NCBI RefSeq assembly: GCF_003966335.1
Contig: NZ_CP034549.1
Span: forward strand, 960,001-992,000
Length of the DNA stretch: 32,000 nucleotides
DNA from: Nonlabens ponticola
Lineage (GTDB): Bacteria; Bacteroidota; Bacteroidia; Flavobacteriales; Flavobacteriaceae
Direction: 5' to 3'
Below, piece by piece: positions 9,275-18,084 of the stretch. How positions within the stretch are numbered: position 1 is the first letter of the stretch; each line of letters begins with the position of its first letter. The translations under genes were made by a program, and so were the position numbers. The notes under the pieces are model-generated. The model was not told the origin of the DNA and did not search any database. It worked only from the letters and a program-made list of their open reading frames with translations.

Positions 9275-9307
9275 AAAAAGCCGCCTAATCCATTGGGTTA
9301 GACGGCT
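9275..9307 (-). terminator. Rho-independent terminator downstream of nrdA
   Basis: Read on the minus strand: AGCCGTCTAA-loop-TTAGGCGGCT followed by TTTTT. This is a 10-bp stem with one mismatch, 23 nt after the nrdA stop. Confidence 0.7.
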
Positions 9308-9329
9308 TATCAACATTATTATAGACTCC

Positions 9330-11120
9330 TTACGCCTCGCAGCTAGCACATTCTTTCTTCTGCTTGAATTTTTGCGCGGCGTTCATGCTGTGCTGGTAGT
9401 ACAAGGACTTGAGTCCTAGCTTCCAGGCAGTGATGTGGATTTTGTTCACATCTTTAGTAGCCATTTCTGGGTGCACGATGATATTTACAGACTGTCCTTG
9501 ATCGATATGATTCTGGCGGTTTGCTGCCTGATAGATGATGTCCATCTGGTCCAGCTCGCTGTAGGTCATAAAAACGGCCTTCTCATTCTCGGTTAAGAAA
9601 TCGAGGTGCTGCACGCTACCATCATGATCGCGTATGTCGCGCCACACTTCTTGAGTGTTCATGCCTTTTTCTTCCAGCAATTCTACCAGGAATGGATTCT
9701 TTATCGTGGTCTTGATTTTGGCAATGTCTTTCACATAGATATTGGACCATATAGGCTCGATACCTTGCGATACTTGACCTAAAATAAAGGCGCTTGATGT
9801 TGTAGGTGCCACAGCGTTAAGAGTTGCATTTCTACGGCCATAGCCTTTGAGTAATTCTGGCTCGCCAAATTTCTGTGCCAACTCTTCGCTCGCTTTATAA
9901 CTTTTCTCTTTAAGCGTCTTGAAGATCTCGCTGTTCAGGTCATAGGCTTCCTTACTGTTAAAGGCATGTCTTCTTGACTGTAATAGTGAGTGCCATCCTA
10001 GCGCACCTAATCCTAGGGAACGGTTCTCCTTAGCAAAATTGTAAGCGCGTTCCATAAATAGGAATGTCTGCTGGTCTTCTAGTTTGTCGCTATCACGGTA
10101 AGCCTCTAATTTCTCAAGGAACTCCGTAATTACCGCATCTAGGAAATACACCATTGTTTCAACGGCGTCTGTATTCTTCCACTTGTCATAATGCAGTAGG
10201 TTGATGCTGGATAATACACAAACAAAAGAGTACTTATCGCTGGACGGCAGCATGATCTCAGTACACAGGTTGCTGGCATAGATAGGCATCTTTTTATCCT
10301 GATAGACATCTGCCGCATTGTTGTTGGCATTGTCTGTAAAGAAAATGTATGGATAGCCCATCTCACCACGTGATTGCAGTACGCGTGCCCAGATGGTACG
10401 CTTTTTCTCATCACCTTCTATCATTTGCTCCATCCATTCATTGGTCACGGTCACACCGTGCGTTAATTCTTGGATAGGATTACCTTCAGTCCCTATTTCT
10501 AGGAATTCATTGATGTCTGGATGCTCAACTGGTAGGTATGGAGAGAAACGGCCACGACGCACAGATCCTTGACTTACTACATCCACCATGGATTCAAATA
10601 ATCTCATGATGTGAACCGCGCCAGAAGCCTCACCATTGTTTTTAATGGCTGCACCACGATGGCGTATTTTACCAAAGTAACCAGAAGTACCACCACCTAG
10701 CTTTGACATCATCCCGACCTCAGACTGTGAGTATAGGATGTTACCTATATCATCATCAATGTGAGAACCAAAACAACTAATAGGCAAGCCACGACGCTTA
10801 CCAAAGTTGGACCATACTGGCGACGCAAGTGAGTAGAAACCTTCACTCATGTAACCATAGAACTTGTCTGCATAGCCTGGAATACCTAGAATGGTTTCTG
10901 CACGCTCTGCGATTTCTCTTATACGACTTTCTGGTGTCGCGCCTGGTGTCAAATATCCAGCTTCTAGAAATTTGCGACTATTCTCATTAAGCCATTTAAA
11001 ACCGCCATCTTCTTGCGGCTTTGCAGCGTTTAGTGCTGCTTTTCTAGCATCAACTAGTTTCTGGTTGGCATCAACCTTTGCGTCTTGTACTTGTTTTGTC
11101 GTGGTATTCTGTTCTTTCAT
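9330..11120 (-). CDS. nrdA: Ribonucleoside-diphosphate reductase, catalytic (alpha) subunit, short form without ATP-cone
   Basis: 596 aa with a class I RNR catalytic core (ISCFGSH, NLCTEIMLP, GLGALGWH, APTTSSA). The C-terminal redox Cys pair is CASCEA. No VxKRDG-type ATP-cone is visible at the N-terminus. Confidence 0.95.
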   Translation of the reverse strand: MKEQNTTTKQVQDAKVDANQKLVDARKAALNAAKPQEDGGFKWLNENSRKFLEAGYLTPGATPESRIREIAERAETILGIPGYADKFYGYMSEGFYSLASPVWSNFGKRRGLPISCFGSHIDDDIGNILYSQSEVGMMSKLGGGTSGYFGKIRHRGAAIKNNGEASGAVHIMRLFESMVDVVSQGSVRRGRFSPYLPVEHPDINEFLEIGTEGNPIQELTHGVTVTNEWMEQMIEGDEKKRTIWARVLQSRGEMGYPYIFFTDNANNNAADVYQDKKMPIYASNLCTEIMLPSSDKYSFVCVLSSINLLHYDKWKNTDAVETMVYFLDAVITEFLEKLEAYRDSDKLEDQQTFLFMERAYNFAKENRSLGLGALGWHSLLQSRRHAFNSKEAYDLNSEIFKTLKEKSYKASEELAQKFGEPELLKGYGRRNATLNAVAPTTSSAFILGQVSQGIEPIWSNIYVKDIAKIKTTIKNPFLVELLEEKGMNTQEVWRDIRDHDGSVQHLDFLTENEKAVFMTYSELDQMDIIYQAANRQNHIDQGQSVNIIVHPEMATKDVNKIHITAWKLGLKSLYYQHSMNAAQKFKQKKECASCEA

Positions 11121-11122
11121 AA

Positions 11123-12397
11123 TTAAAATAGGTCGTCTTTGGTTACACTTTGTGCTCTCTTGGTATAGTTGATGGATCTCTTCACAAAGAAGTCTCCATG
11201 TTTTGTTGCAATAATCTCGTCGTCAAACCATTCTGTTTGTGCGACAAGCTCTTCATCGATCTCAAATACTGGCTCGATGCCTATGCTTGATAGGGAATTG
11301 TTGAATCTGTTCTTGATGAATTCATTCACGACCGCTTTAGGCAAGAAGTCTAGTTCACCTTCTTCAAATATCCAGTCCACAAGGGCGCTTTCTGCCTCAA
11401 AGGATTTGATACACATGTTTTTTATGCGGTCGTGGTATTCTTGAATAAACCATCCTGGTTGCTCCTCACGCAAGATCTTGATCAAGTCGATACCAAAGTC
11501 ACCGTGGATTTGCTCCTCTTTACTCGTTGCCTCAACCACATTAGAAATTCCCTTCAACATATTCTTGTGCTTGTTAAAGCCCATGATGATTAGGAATTGT
11601 GAGAATAGTGATACGTGCTCGATAAATAATGAGAACAGCAGTACAGCTTCTGCATAGCTCTGATTATCGTCTGCCTTTGAGTTGCGCAATGCATTCTCAA
11701 GATACTGCACTCGCTTCATGATGACCGGCTTCTTTTTAAGCGCCTTGAACTCTTCATTCAAGCCTAGAATCTCGATGAGGTGTGAGTAGGCATCTGCGTG
11801 GCGCACTTCACTTTCTGCAAATGTGCTGCCCACGGCACCTATCTCTGGCTTAGGCATGCGGTGGTACAAATCACCCCAAAATGACTTGACGGCCACTTCA
11901 ATTTGAGAGATCGCAAGCATGGTGTTCTTAATCGCGCTGCGCTCAACATCAGTCAATTGTGATTTAAAGTCCTGGATATCGCTGGTAAAATTATACTCTG
12001 TATGGATCCAGTAGCTGTGTCTTATCGCAGGTACATAATCATATAATTGTGGATACTCATACGGCTTGAGGTTCACGCGCTTCTCAAAGATGTCTGTCTT
12101 GCGTTCCAGCGCGCGTTGATTACGGTATAGGATATAGGCTTTGGCAGCTTCATGAAATTCTGTCTCCATGAGTCTGTTCTCGACGATGTCTTGAACCTGC
12201 TCGATGGTAGGTATATAATTAGGATCAATATCCTTGCGTTTCATCAAAGTTTTATAAACCGCAAGCGCCACGTTTTGGGCGTCTTCTTGCGTACCTGTAT
12301 TCACTGCTTGCAAGGCCTTGAACACCGCATTTGTTATGTTGTTGAGGTCAAACGGTTTAACGCTAAAGTCTCTTTTCCTAATCTGTGTAATTTCCAT
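11123..12397 (-). CDS. nrdB: Ribonucleoside-diphosphate reductase, radical-generating (beta) subunit with N-terminal ATP-cone
   Basis: 424 aa. Residues about 4-95 form an ATP-cone (TQIRKRDFSVKPFDLNNITNAVFKAL...IEQVQDIVENRLMETEFHEAAKAYILYRNQR). The ferritin-like metal-ligand motifs are FAESEVRHADAY, FSLFIEHVSLF and EEQIHGDFG. The stop is 2 nt before the nrdA start. Confidence 0.95.
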   Translation of the reverse strand: MEITQIRKRDFSVKPFDLNNITNAVFKALQAVNTGTQEDAQNVALAVYKTLMKRKDIDPNYIPTIEQVQDIVENRLMETEFHEAAKAYILYRNQRALERKTDIFEKRVNLKPYEYPQLYDYVPAIRHSYWIHTEYNFTSDIQDFKSQLTDVERSAIKNTMLAISQIEVAVKSFWGDLYHRMPKPEIGAVGSTFAESEVRHADAYSHLIEILGLNEEFKALKKKPVIMKRVQYLENALRNSKADDNQSYAEAVLLFSLFIEHVSLFSQFLIIMGFNKHKNMLKGISNVVEATSKEEQIHGDFGIDLIKILREEQPGWFIQEYHDRIKNMCIKSFEAESALVDWIFEEGELDFLPKAVVNEFIKNRFNNSLSSIGIEPVFEIDEELVAQTEWFDDEIIATKHGDFFVKRSINYTKRAQSVTKDDLF

Positions 12398-12601
12398 GTC
12401 CTAACTTTTTGTTTACTGTGTTATTTAAAAGTCGCAATAGATCAAGGAAATTTTAAGGCGATATGTAGATGGTTGTTCACATGCTTATCAACAGTTATTT
12501 GAGCATGTGGCTAGACTGTATTTAGATGGTTTTAGTAGGTTGTTTCCTACTCTTGTATCCTGCATAAGTTCGTTGCCTGTTAATATGATTTTTTGGATTT
12601 T

Positions 12602-12615
12602 GCTTTCGCGAAAGC
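12602..12615 (-). repeat. Palindromic repeat copy 3 (GCTTTCGCGAAAGC) in the nrdB upstream region
   Basis: Exact core. Read on the minus strand the flanks are ATGAC-core-AAAATCCAAAAAATCATATTAACA. This resembles copy 2 (GTTAC-core-AAAATCACCACCATCATAACAACA), so it appears to be a degenerate extended copy in the opposite orientation. Confidence 0.9.
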
Positions 12616-13019
12616 GTCATTTCCAAACACAGCCGTGACAAAAAAATGTCAACTAGCAGCTCATTTAAGATGTAAACAAGATGCCTTAGGATAATTGATT
12701 CAATTCTTGTCAAAATGTGACGATCCAGAAATGATCTCAAAGTTTATGAAGATGTCTCTTATTAGTAAGCGGACTATAGTGACATATTGTTAAATCTTTA
12801 TAGATTGTTGTAAAAGACCGCTTATTATATGACGATCCTTACTGATTTTTGGTATTATCCTTATCAATAGAGTTAAATAACTTAACATAAGCAAGCTCAA
12901 ACGCGCTATTCTCGTTAAGATCAAGGTAAGATTACGGTAAACCTATGCTAATAGTGGTTTTGCAGCTATATCGTGCCTGTATATTTGTAACAGAATTAAT
13001 AACCATACAAACGAATATT

Positions 13020-13466
13020 ATGAATTATACAGATAAAGTAGGAAACAAATTAAACGCATTACTCGAGAAAAACTATGATGCAGAAGCTGGCTATAAACTA
13101 GCAGCCGAGAAGGTACAAAACATGAGATTGAAAGAATTTTTCAAGACACAAACTCAAGAGCGTTATAATTTTGGTCATGAATTGAAAGAGGAACTTAAAA
13201 GCTTCGGGCAAGAGCCGGATAAAGGAACGAGTATTAAAGGTGATTTACACAGAACGTGGATGAATATCAAATCAACTTTTACGAGTGATAATGAGGAGGC
13301 GATTCTTGAGGAAGCTATAAGAGGAGAAAAAGCAGCAATCGAGGAATACAATGAAATTATTAGTGAGACTACATTGCCGCCATCAACTAAAAATGTGTTG
13401 ACAAAGCATAGAGATAATATCCAGACAGCATTGAATAGAGTAAATGCCATGGAAGAGATGTTCTAG
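13020..13466 (+). CDS. PA2169/DUF2383 family four-helix-bundle (ferritin-like) protein
   Basis: MNYTDKVGNKLNALLEKNYDAEAGYKLAAEKV...RGEKAAIEEYNEII... matches my recollection of the DUF2383/TIGR02284 family. I prefer the ATG at 13020 over the track start at 12945. Confidence 0.8.
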   Translation: MNYTDKVGNKLNALLEKNYDAEAGYKLAAEKVQNMRLKEFFKTQTQERYNFGHELKEELKSFGQEPDKGTSIKGDLHRTWMNIKSTFTSDNEEAILEEAIRGEKAAIEEYNEIISETTLPPSTKNVLTKHRDNIQTALNRVNAMEEMF

Positions 13467-13490
13467 AATTAGTCCAGAACAACCAACTTA

Positions 13491-13527
13491 AAAACCCTGT
13501 TTTTCATTAGAAAAGCAGGGTTTTTTT
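13491..13527 (+). terminator. Rho-independent terminator
   Basis: AAAACCCTGTTTTTC-atta-GAAAAGCAGGGTTTT followed by a T-run. The stem is 15 bp with one G-U. Confidence 0.8.
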
Positions 13528-13679
13528 ATGCACTTATTTCAACGTTTCTGTTCATAACTCTATTTGAGTGATACTAGGTATTCCTCTATCTTTAAGGCTG
13601 TTGCTGTAACAATGGAGTGAGCCGTCAAAACGCTGATTATCAAGTTTATGCAACTCAATCTCTTGCTTTATTCTTGCCT

Positions 13680-16600
13680 ATGTACCTAATATTTGATACC
13701 GAGACTACTGGACTGCCTAAACGTTGGGATCTTCCCTATACTGAAGTTGATAACTGGCCTCGAGTAGTTCAAATTGCATGGCAACTGCATGACGGTCTAG
13801 GTAACATGATTGACCACCAAGATTACCTTATAAAACCTGATGGTTATGATATTCCTTACGATTCAGAGCAAATCCATGGTATCTCTACCGCACTAGCTCA
13901 AGATCAAGGATTACCCTTGCAAGAAGTGCTGGCAAAATTCAATGATGCACTGGCGATGACCACCTTTGTTGTGGGTCACAACCTAGAATTTGACCTTAAC
14001 GTCACTGGTGCAGAATTTATACGTGCTAACATTGCAAACGATCTACACAAATTGCCGGTACTTGATACCTGTACTGAAGATACTGCGAGATTATGCCAGA
14101 TTCCAGGTGGCCGTGGCGGTAAGTTCAAACTGCCTACACTTACTGAGATCTACAAGTTTCTGTTTAATCAGGAATTTAGCGAGGCACACAATGCCACTGC
14201 AGATGTTGAGGCGACTACTAGGGTATTCCTAGAGCTCATAAGGCAACAACAATTCTCGCTAGCTAGTTTAAAGCAGGCAGCTGGGTACTTTGTTAGCTTT
14301 CGCGAAAGCAACCCAACCACCATCCAACCTGCAGGCATCGAGCATGTGAACTTGAAAAAGGCATCTGCACGCCTGGCAACAAGTTCCTCAAACCAGATTA
14401 CCGATCAAGAAATTGAAGAGAATCTGGACGAGTTGAGTAGCGCGCCATTTGCCCATTTACACAACCACAGTCAATTCTCGATTTTACAATCTACAGCCAG
14501 CGTTCAAGATCTAGTACATGCCGCGGCGGCTAATGATATGCCAGCCGTTGCCATGACGGACCATGCCAATATGATGGGCGCCTTTCATTTTGTAAAGGCG
14601 GTGAAATCATATAACGCCAGTCTCACATCAGACGAGAACATGCAAGAAAAGAAACCTATCAAGGCTATCATAGGTTGTGAGTTTCAAGTTTGTGAGGACA
14701 TGTATGATAAGTCTTTTAAAGACAATGGTTATCAAATAGTGCTGCTTGCCAAAAACAAAAATGGCTACCACAACATTTCCAAAATGTCGAGTCTAGCTTA
14801 CACAGAAGGCTTTTACTATGTGCCTCGCATTGATAAAAAGTTGATCGAGCAGTACAAGGAAGATATTATTGTGCTGACAGGAAACTTGTACGGCGAGGTA
14901 CCATCAAAAATCCTAAACATAGGAGAGAAGCAGGCAGAAGAAGCACTCATCTGGTGGAAAGAACAGTTTGCAGATGATTTGTATGTAGAACTCATGCGTC
15001 ATGATCAAGAAGATGAACAGCGTGCGAATGCGGTTCTCATTGATCTAGCTCGCAAACACGATGTAAAGCTGGTCGCTACAAACAACACCTATTATATACA
15101 TAAGGAAGATGCCAATGCACACGATATTTTATTATGTGTCAAGGATAATGAGAAGCAGGCCACACCTATAGGTCGCGGTCGCGGTTATCGCTATGGATTG
15201 CCCAATCAGGAGTACTACTTCAAGTCCAGCGATGAGATGAAGCAAATTTTCAAGGATCTGCCCGAGGCTATTTTAAACGTTGCTGAGGTAGTAGATAAGA
15301 TCGAATCCTATGAACTGGCACGCGATGTTTTGCTACCCAAGTTTGATATCCCTGCAGAGTTCATCGATGAGCGCGATGAGCACGATAATGAGAATCGTGG
15401 TGAGAATGCCTATTTGAGACATCTTACCTATGAAGGTGCGGCAAAGCGTTATGGCGAGCTGACTGATGAAATAAAGGAACGACTAGATTTTGAGTTACAA
15501 ACCATCAAGAAAACCGGTTATCCAGGTTATTTCTTGATTACTTGGGACTTTATAAAAGCCGCTAGAGAAATGGATGTGGCCGTAGGTCCAGGTCGTGGAT
15601 CTGCTGCTGGTAGTGCGGTGGCGTACTGCTTATGGATTACAAATGTTGATCCAATACATTACGATCTACTTTTTGAGCGTTTCTTGAATCCAGATCGTGT
15701 ATCGATGCCCGATATTGACATTGACTTTGACGATGAGAATCGTGGTAAGGTCATGGATTACGTCATCGAGAAGTATGGTAGCGATCAAGTCGCGCAAATC
15801 ATCACTTATGGTACCATGGCGGCAAAATCCAGCATACGCGATACTTCTCGCGTACTCGATTTACCTCTAGGCGATGCCGATAGAATCGCAAAGCTGATTC
15901 CAGATTTTGCCAAACTCAAAAAGATTTTTGCGTTAGAACCTAACAAGATAAGCGGCGCTTTCCGTAGTGATGATGCAGAGATGGTGCGCGAACTTATCCA
16001 GATAAGTGAAGGCACAGATCTTGCTGCCGAGACCTTGAAACAAGCTAGAATCCTAGAAGGATCTGTGCGCAATACAGGCGTGCATGCCTGTGGTGTGATT
16101 ATCACACCAGATGCGCTGACCAATTTTGTACCTATCGCCACTGCCAAAAACTCTGACCTGTACGTCACGCAGTTTGACAACAACGTTGTGGAAAGCGCTG
16201 GCCTGCTTAAAATGGACTTCTTGGGACTCAAAACCTTAAGTCAGATTAAGGATACGGTAGCTATTATAAAAGAGCGCCATGGAATGGAACTCGATATAGA
16301 AGCCATACCGCTGGATGATGATAAGACCTATGAGCTATTTCAGCGAGGTGAGACCGTTGGAATATTTCAATATGAAAGTGCTGGTATGCAAAAGTACATG
16401 CGTGATCTAAAGCCTACACAGTTTGCCGACTTGATTGCCATGAATGCCTTGTATCGTCCTGGACCACTAGAATACATTCCAGACTTTATTGATCGCAAGC
16501 ATGGTCGCAAAGAGATCACTTATGACCTGCCAGCGATGGAAGAATACCTTGAGGAAACGTATGGTATCACGGTTTATCAAGAGCAGGTAATGCTACTATC

Positions 16601-18032
16601 ACAAAAGCTGGCAAACTTCTCCAAAGGTGATGCAGATGTTTTGCGTAAAGCCATGGGTAAAAAGCAGATGGCAACACTGCAGAAGATGAAACCACAATTC
16701 CTAGATGCTGGTGAAGGCAACGGCCATGATCGCGAGATACTGGAAAAGGTATGGAAAGACTGGGAAGCCTTTGCATCCTATGCCTTTAATAAATCGCACT
16801 CGACTTGCTATGCGTGGATAGGTTACCAAACGGCCTATTTAAAGGCCAATTATCCAGCAGAGTTCATGGCGGCAACGCTGTCAAATAACATGAACCAGAT
16901 CAAGGACGTGACCAAGTTCATGGACGAGTGTCGCCGCATGGGACTGGATGTTTTGGGGCCTGACGTGAATGAGTCAAACTATAAGTTTACTGTAAATAAG
17001 AATGGTGCAGTGCGATTTGGAATGGGTGCGGTAAAAGGTCTAGGTCATAGTGCTGTCATGACCATTATTGAGAACAGGAAAGAGGCGCCATACCACAGCA
17101 TCTTTGATATGGCCAAACGCATTGATTTACGCGCGGCTAATAAAAAGTCTTTTGAAGCACTCGCTTTAAGCGGTGGATTTGATGGTTTAGGTGGTGACAA
17201 TCGCGCTCAGTTTTTTCATACCAGCGATAATGGTCAGATATTCCTGGAGTCAGTAGTCAAGTATGCACAGCGATTTCAGGAGAATGAGAACAGCGCTCAG
17301 GTCAGCCTTTTTGGAGAAGCTAGTGAGGTGCAAATACCAGAGCCGCAATTGCCTATTTGTGAAGAATGGGGCACGATGGAAAAGCTCAAACGAGAGAAAG
17401 AGGTTGTGGGCATTTACATATCTGGTCATCCACTAGATGATTATAAAAAGGAGATAGAATTCTTCTGCAATTCTAACCTTGAGAGCTTGCAGGACTTAAA
17501 TTTAGTCGTGAATCGAGAGCTCAGTTTTTGTGGTGTAATTACAGAGTGCCAGCACCGCATGACCAAGGCCAACAAACCTTGGGGAACGTTTGTTCTCGAG
17601 GATTATAAGGATACGTATGAATTCCGCATGTTTAATGAGGAGTATTTAAAATTTAGACACTTTCTCGTTCCTAATACCTTTTTGCATGCACGCATCAAGG
17701 TGCAACAAGGCTGGATTGATAAGAACACAGGCAAGCCACGTGATCCACGCATCAACTTCTTGGAGATGCAGCAATTACAGGATGTCATGACGGGCGCTGC
17801 GCAATCCTTGACCATCCAGTTACACGCTAGCGAGGTGATGGAGAAACGGGTAGAGATGCTCAAGGAAGTGTTGGAGAAACATCGTGGCGATCACCATTTA
17901 TATTTTAACCTCAAAGATTATGAGGAGAAAATATCTATCAACATGTCCAGCAAGCTGCAAAAGGTGAACGTCACTGCAGAGTTGCTGGAGATTTTGGATA
18001 AAGAAGACATCAGCTATAATGTGAATCAGTAA
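13680..18032 (+). CDS. dnaE: DNA polymerase III alpha subunit (DnaE) with fused N-terminal DEDDh 3'-5' exonuclease domain
   Basis: N-terminal Exo I is MYLIFDTETTGLP, Exo II is VVGHNLEFDLNV and Exo III is HNATADVEAT. The PHP domain starts at FAHLHNHSQFSILQS. The Pol III alpha core follows (GYPGYFLITWDF, GPGRGSAAGS, MPDIDIDFDD, GLLKMDFLGLKTL, FNKSHSTCYA), then a C-terminal OB region. I prefer the ATG at 13680 over the track's GTG at 13617. Confidence 0.95.
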   Translation: MYLIFDTETTGLPKRWDLPYTEVDNWPRVVQIAWQLHDGLGNMIDHQDYLIKPDGYDIPYDSEQIHGISTALAQDQGLPLQEVLAKFNDALAMTTFVVGHNLEFDLNVTGAEFIRANIANDLHKLPVLDTCTEDTARLCQIPGGRGGKFKLPTLTEIYKFLFNQEFSEAHNATADVEATTRVFLELIRQQQFSLASLKQAAGYFVSFRESNPTTIQPAGIEHVNLKKASARLATSSSNQITDQEIEENLDELSSAPFAHLHNHSQFSILQSTASVQDLVHAAAANDMPAVAMTDHANMMGAFHFVKAVKSYNASLTSDENMQEKKPIKAIIGCEFQVCEDMYDKSFKDNGYQIVLLAKNKNGYHNISKMSSLAYTEGFYYVPRIDKKLIEQYKEDIIVLTGNLYGEVPSKILNIGEKQAEEALIWWKEQFADDLYVELMRHDQEDEQRANAVLIDLARKHDVKLVATNNTYYIHKEDANAHDILLCVKDNEKQATPIGRGRGYRYGLPNQEYYFKSSDEMKQIFKDLPEAILNVAEVVDKIESYELARDVLLPKFDIPAEFIDERDEHDNENRGENAYLRHLTYEGAAKRYGELTDEIKERLDFELQTIKKTGYPGYFLITWDFIKAAREMDVAVGPGRGSAAGSAVAYCLWITNVDPIHYDLLFERFLNPDRVSMPDIDIDFDDENRGKVMDYVIEKYGSDQVAQIITYGTMAAKSSIRDTSRVLDLPLGDADRIAKLIPDFAKLKKIFALEPNKISGAFRSDDAEMVRELIQISEGTDLAAETLKQARILEGSVRNTGVHACGVIITPDALTNFVPIATAKNSDLYVTQFDNNVVESAGLLKMDFLGLKTLSQIKDTVAIIKERHGMELDIEAIPLDDDKTYELFQRGETVGIFQYESAGMQKYMRDLKPTQFADLIAMNALYRPGPLEYIPDFIDRKHGRKEITYDLPAMEEYLEETYGITVYQEQVMLLSQKLANFSKGDADVLRKAMGKKQMATLQKMKPQFLDAGEGNGHDREILEKVWKDWEAFASYAFNKSHSTCYAWIGYQTAYLKANYPAEFMAATLSNNMNQIKDVTKFMDECRRMGLDVLGPDVNESNYKFTVNKNGAVRFGMGAVKGLGHSAVMTIIENRKEAPYHSIFDMAKRIDLRAANKKSFEALALSGGFDGLGGDNRAQFFHTSDNGQIFLESVVKYAQRFQENENSAQVSLFGEASEVQIPEPQLPICEEWGTMEKLKREKEVVGIYISGHPLDDYKKEIEFFCNSNLESLQDLNLVVNRELSFCGVITECQHRMTKANKPWGTFVLEDYKDTYEFRMFNEEYLKFRHFLVPNTFLHARIKVQQGWIDKNTGKPRDPRINFLEMQQLQDVMTGAAQSLTIQLHASEVMEKRVEMLKEVLEKHRGDHHLYFNLKDYEEKISINMSSKLQKVNVTAELLEILDKEDISYNVNQ
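14296..14324 (+). repeat. Palindromic repeat copy 4, extended form, in frame inside the dnaE exonuclease-PHP linker
   Basis: Core at 14296-14309, 7-nt spacer aacccaa, then CCACCATC at 14317-14324. It is translated as SFRESNPTTI. Confidence 0.95.
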
Positions 18033-18084
18033 ATATCTGTTCTGTTTAGTCCGATTTAGATTTAATGGTAAACGCAGTTTAGTG

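Noticed and set aside
12522-12740. 72-aa minus-strand ORF in the nrdB upstream region
   Set aside because: Its central peptide TLSRKQNPKNH is just the translation of palindrome copy 3. The same peptide appears at the false N-terminus of the deaminase ORF. There is no other coding support.
13617-13679. GTG-initiated 21-codon N-terminal extension of dnaE
   Set aside because: The ATG at 13680 gives MYLIFDTETTG, which is the usual spacing before the Exo I motif in DnaQ-like domains. The extension has no conserved look. This remains unproven.
15806-16231. 141-aa minus-strand ORF inside dnaE, plus other antisense ORFs inside the TonB-dependent receptor gene, nrdA, nrdB, the amylase, susE-like and susC genes, and other plus-strand CDSs
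   Set aside because: All lie antisense to, or out of frame within, long ORFs with strong family signatures. They have Ser/Ala/Arg-rich shadow-frame composition and no motifs.
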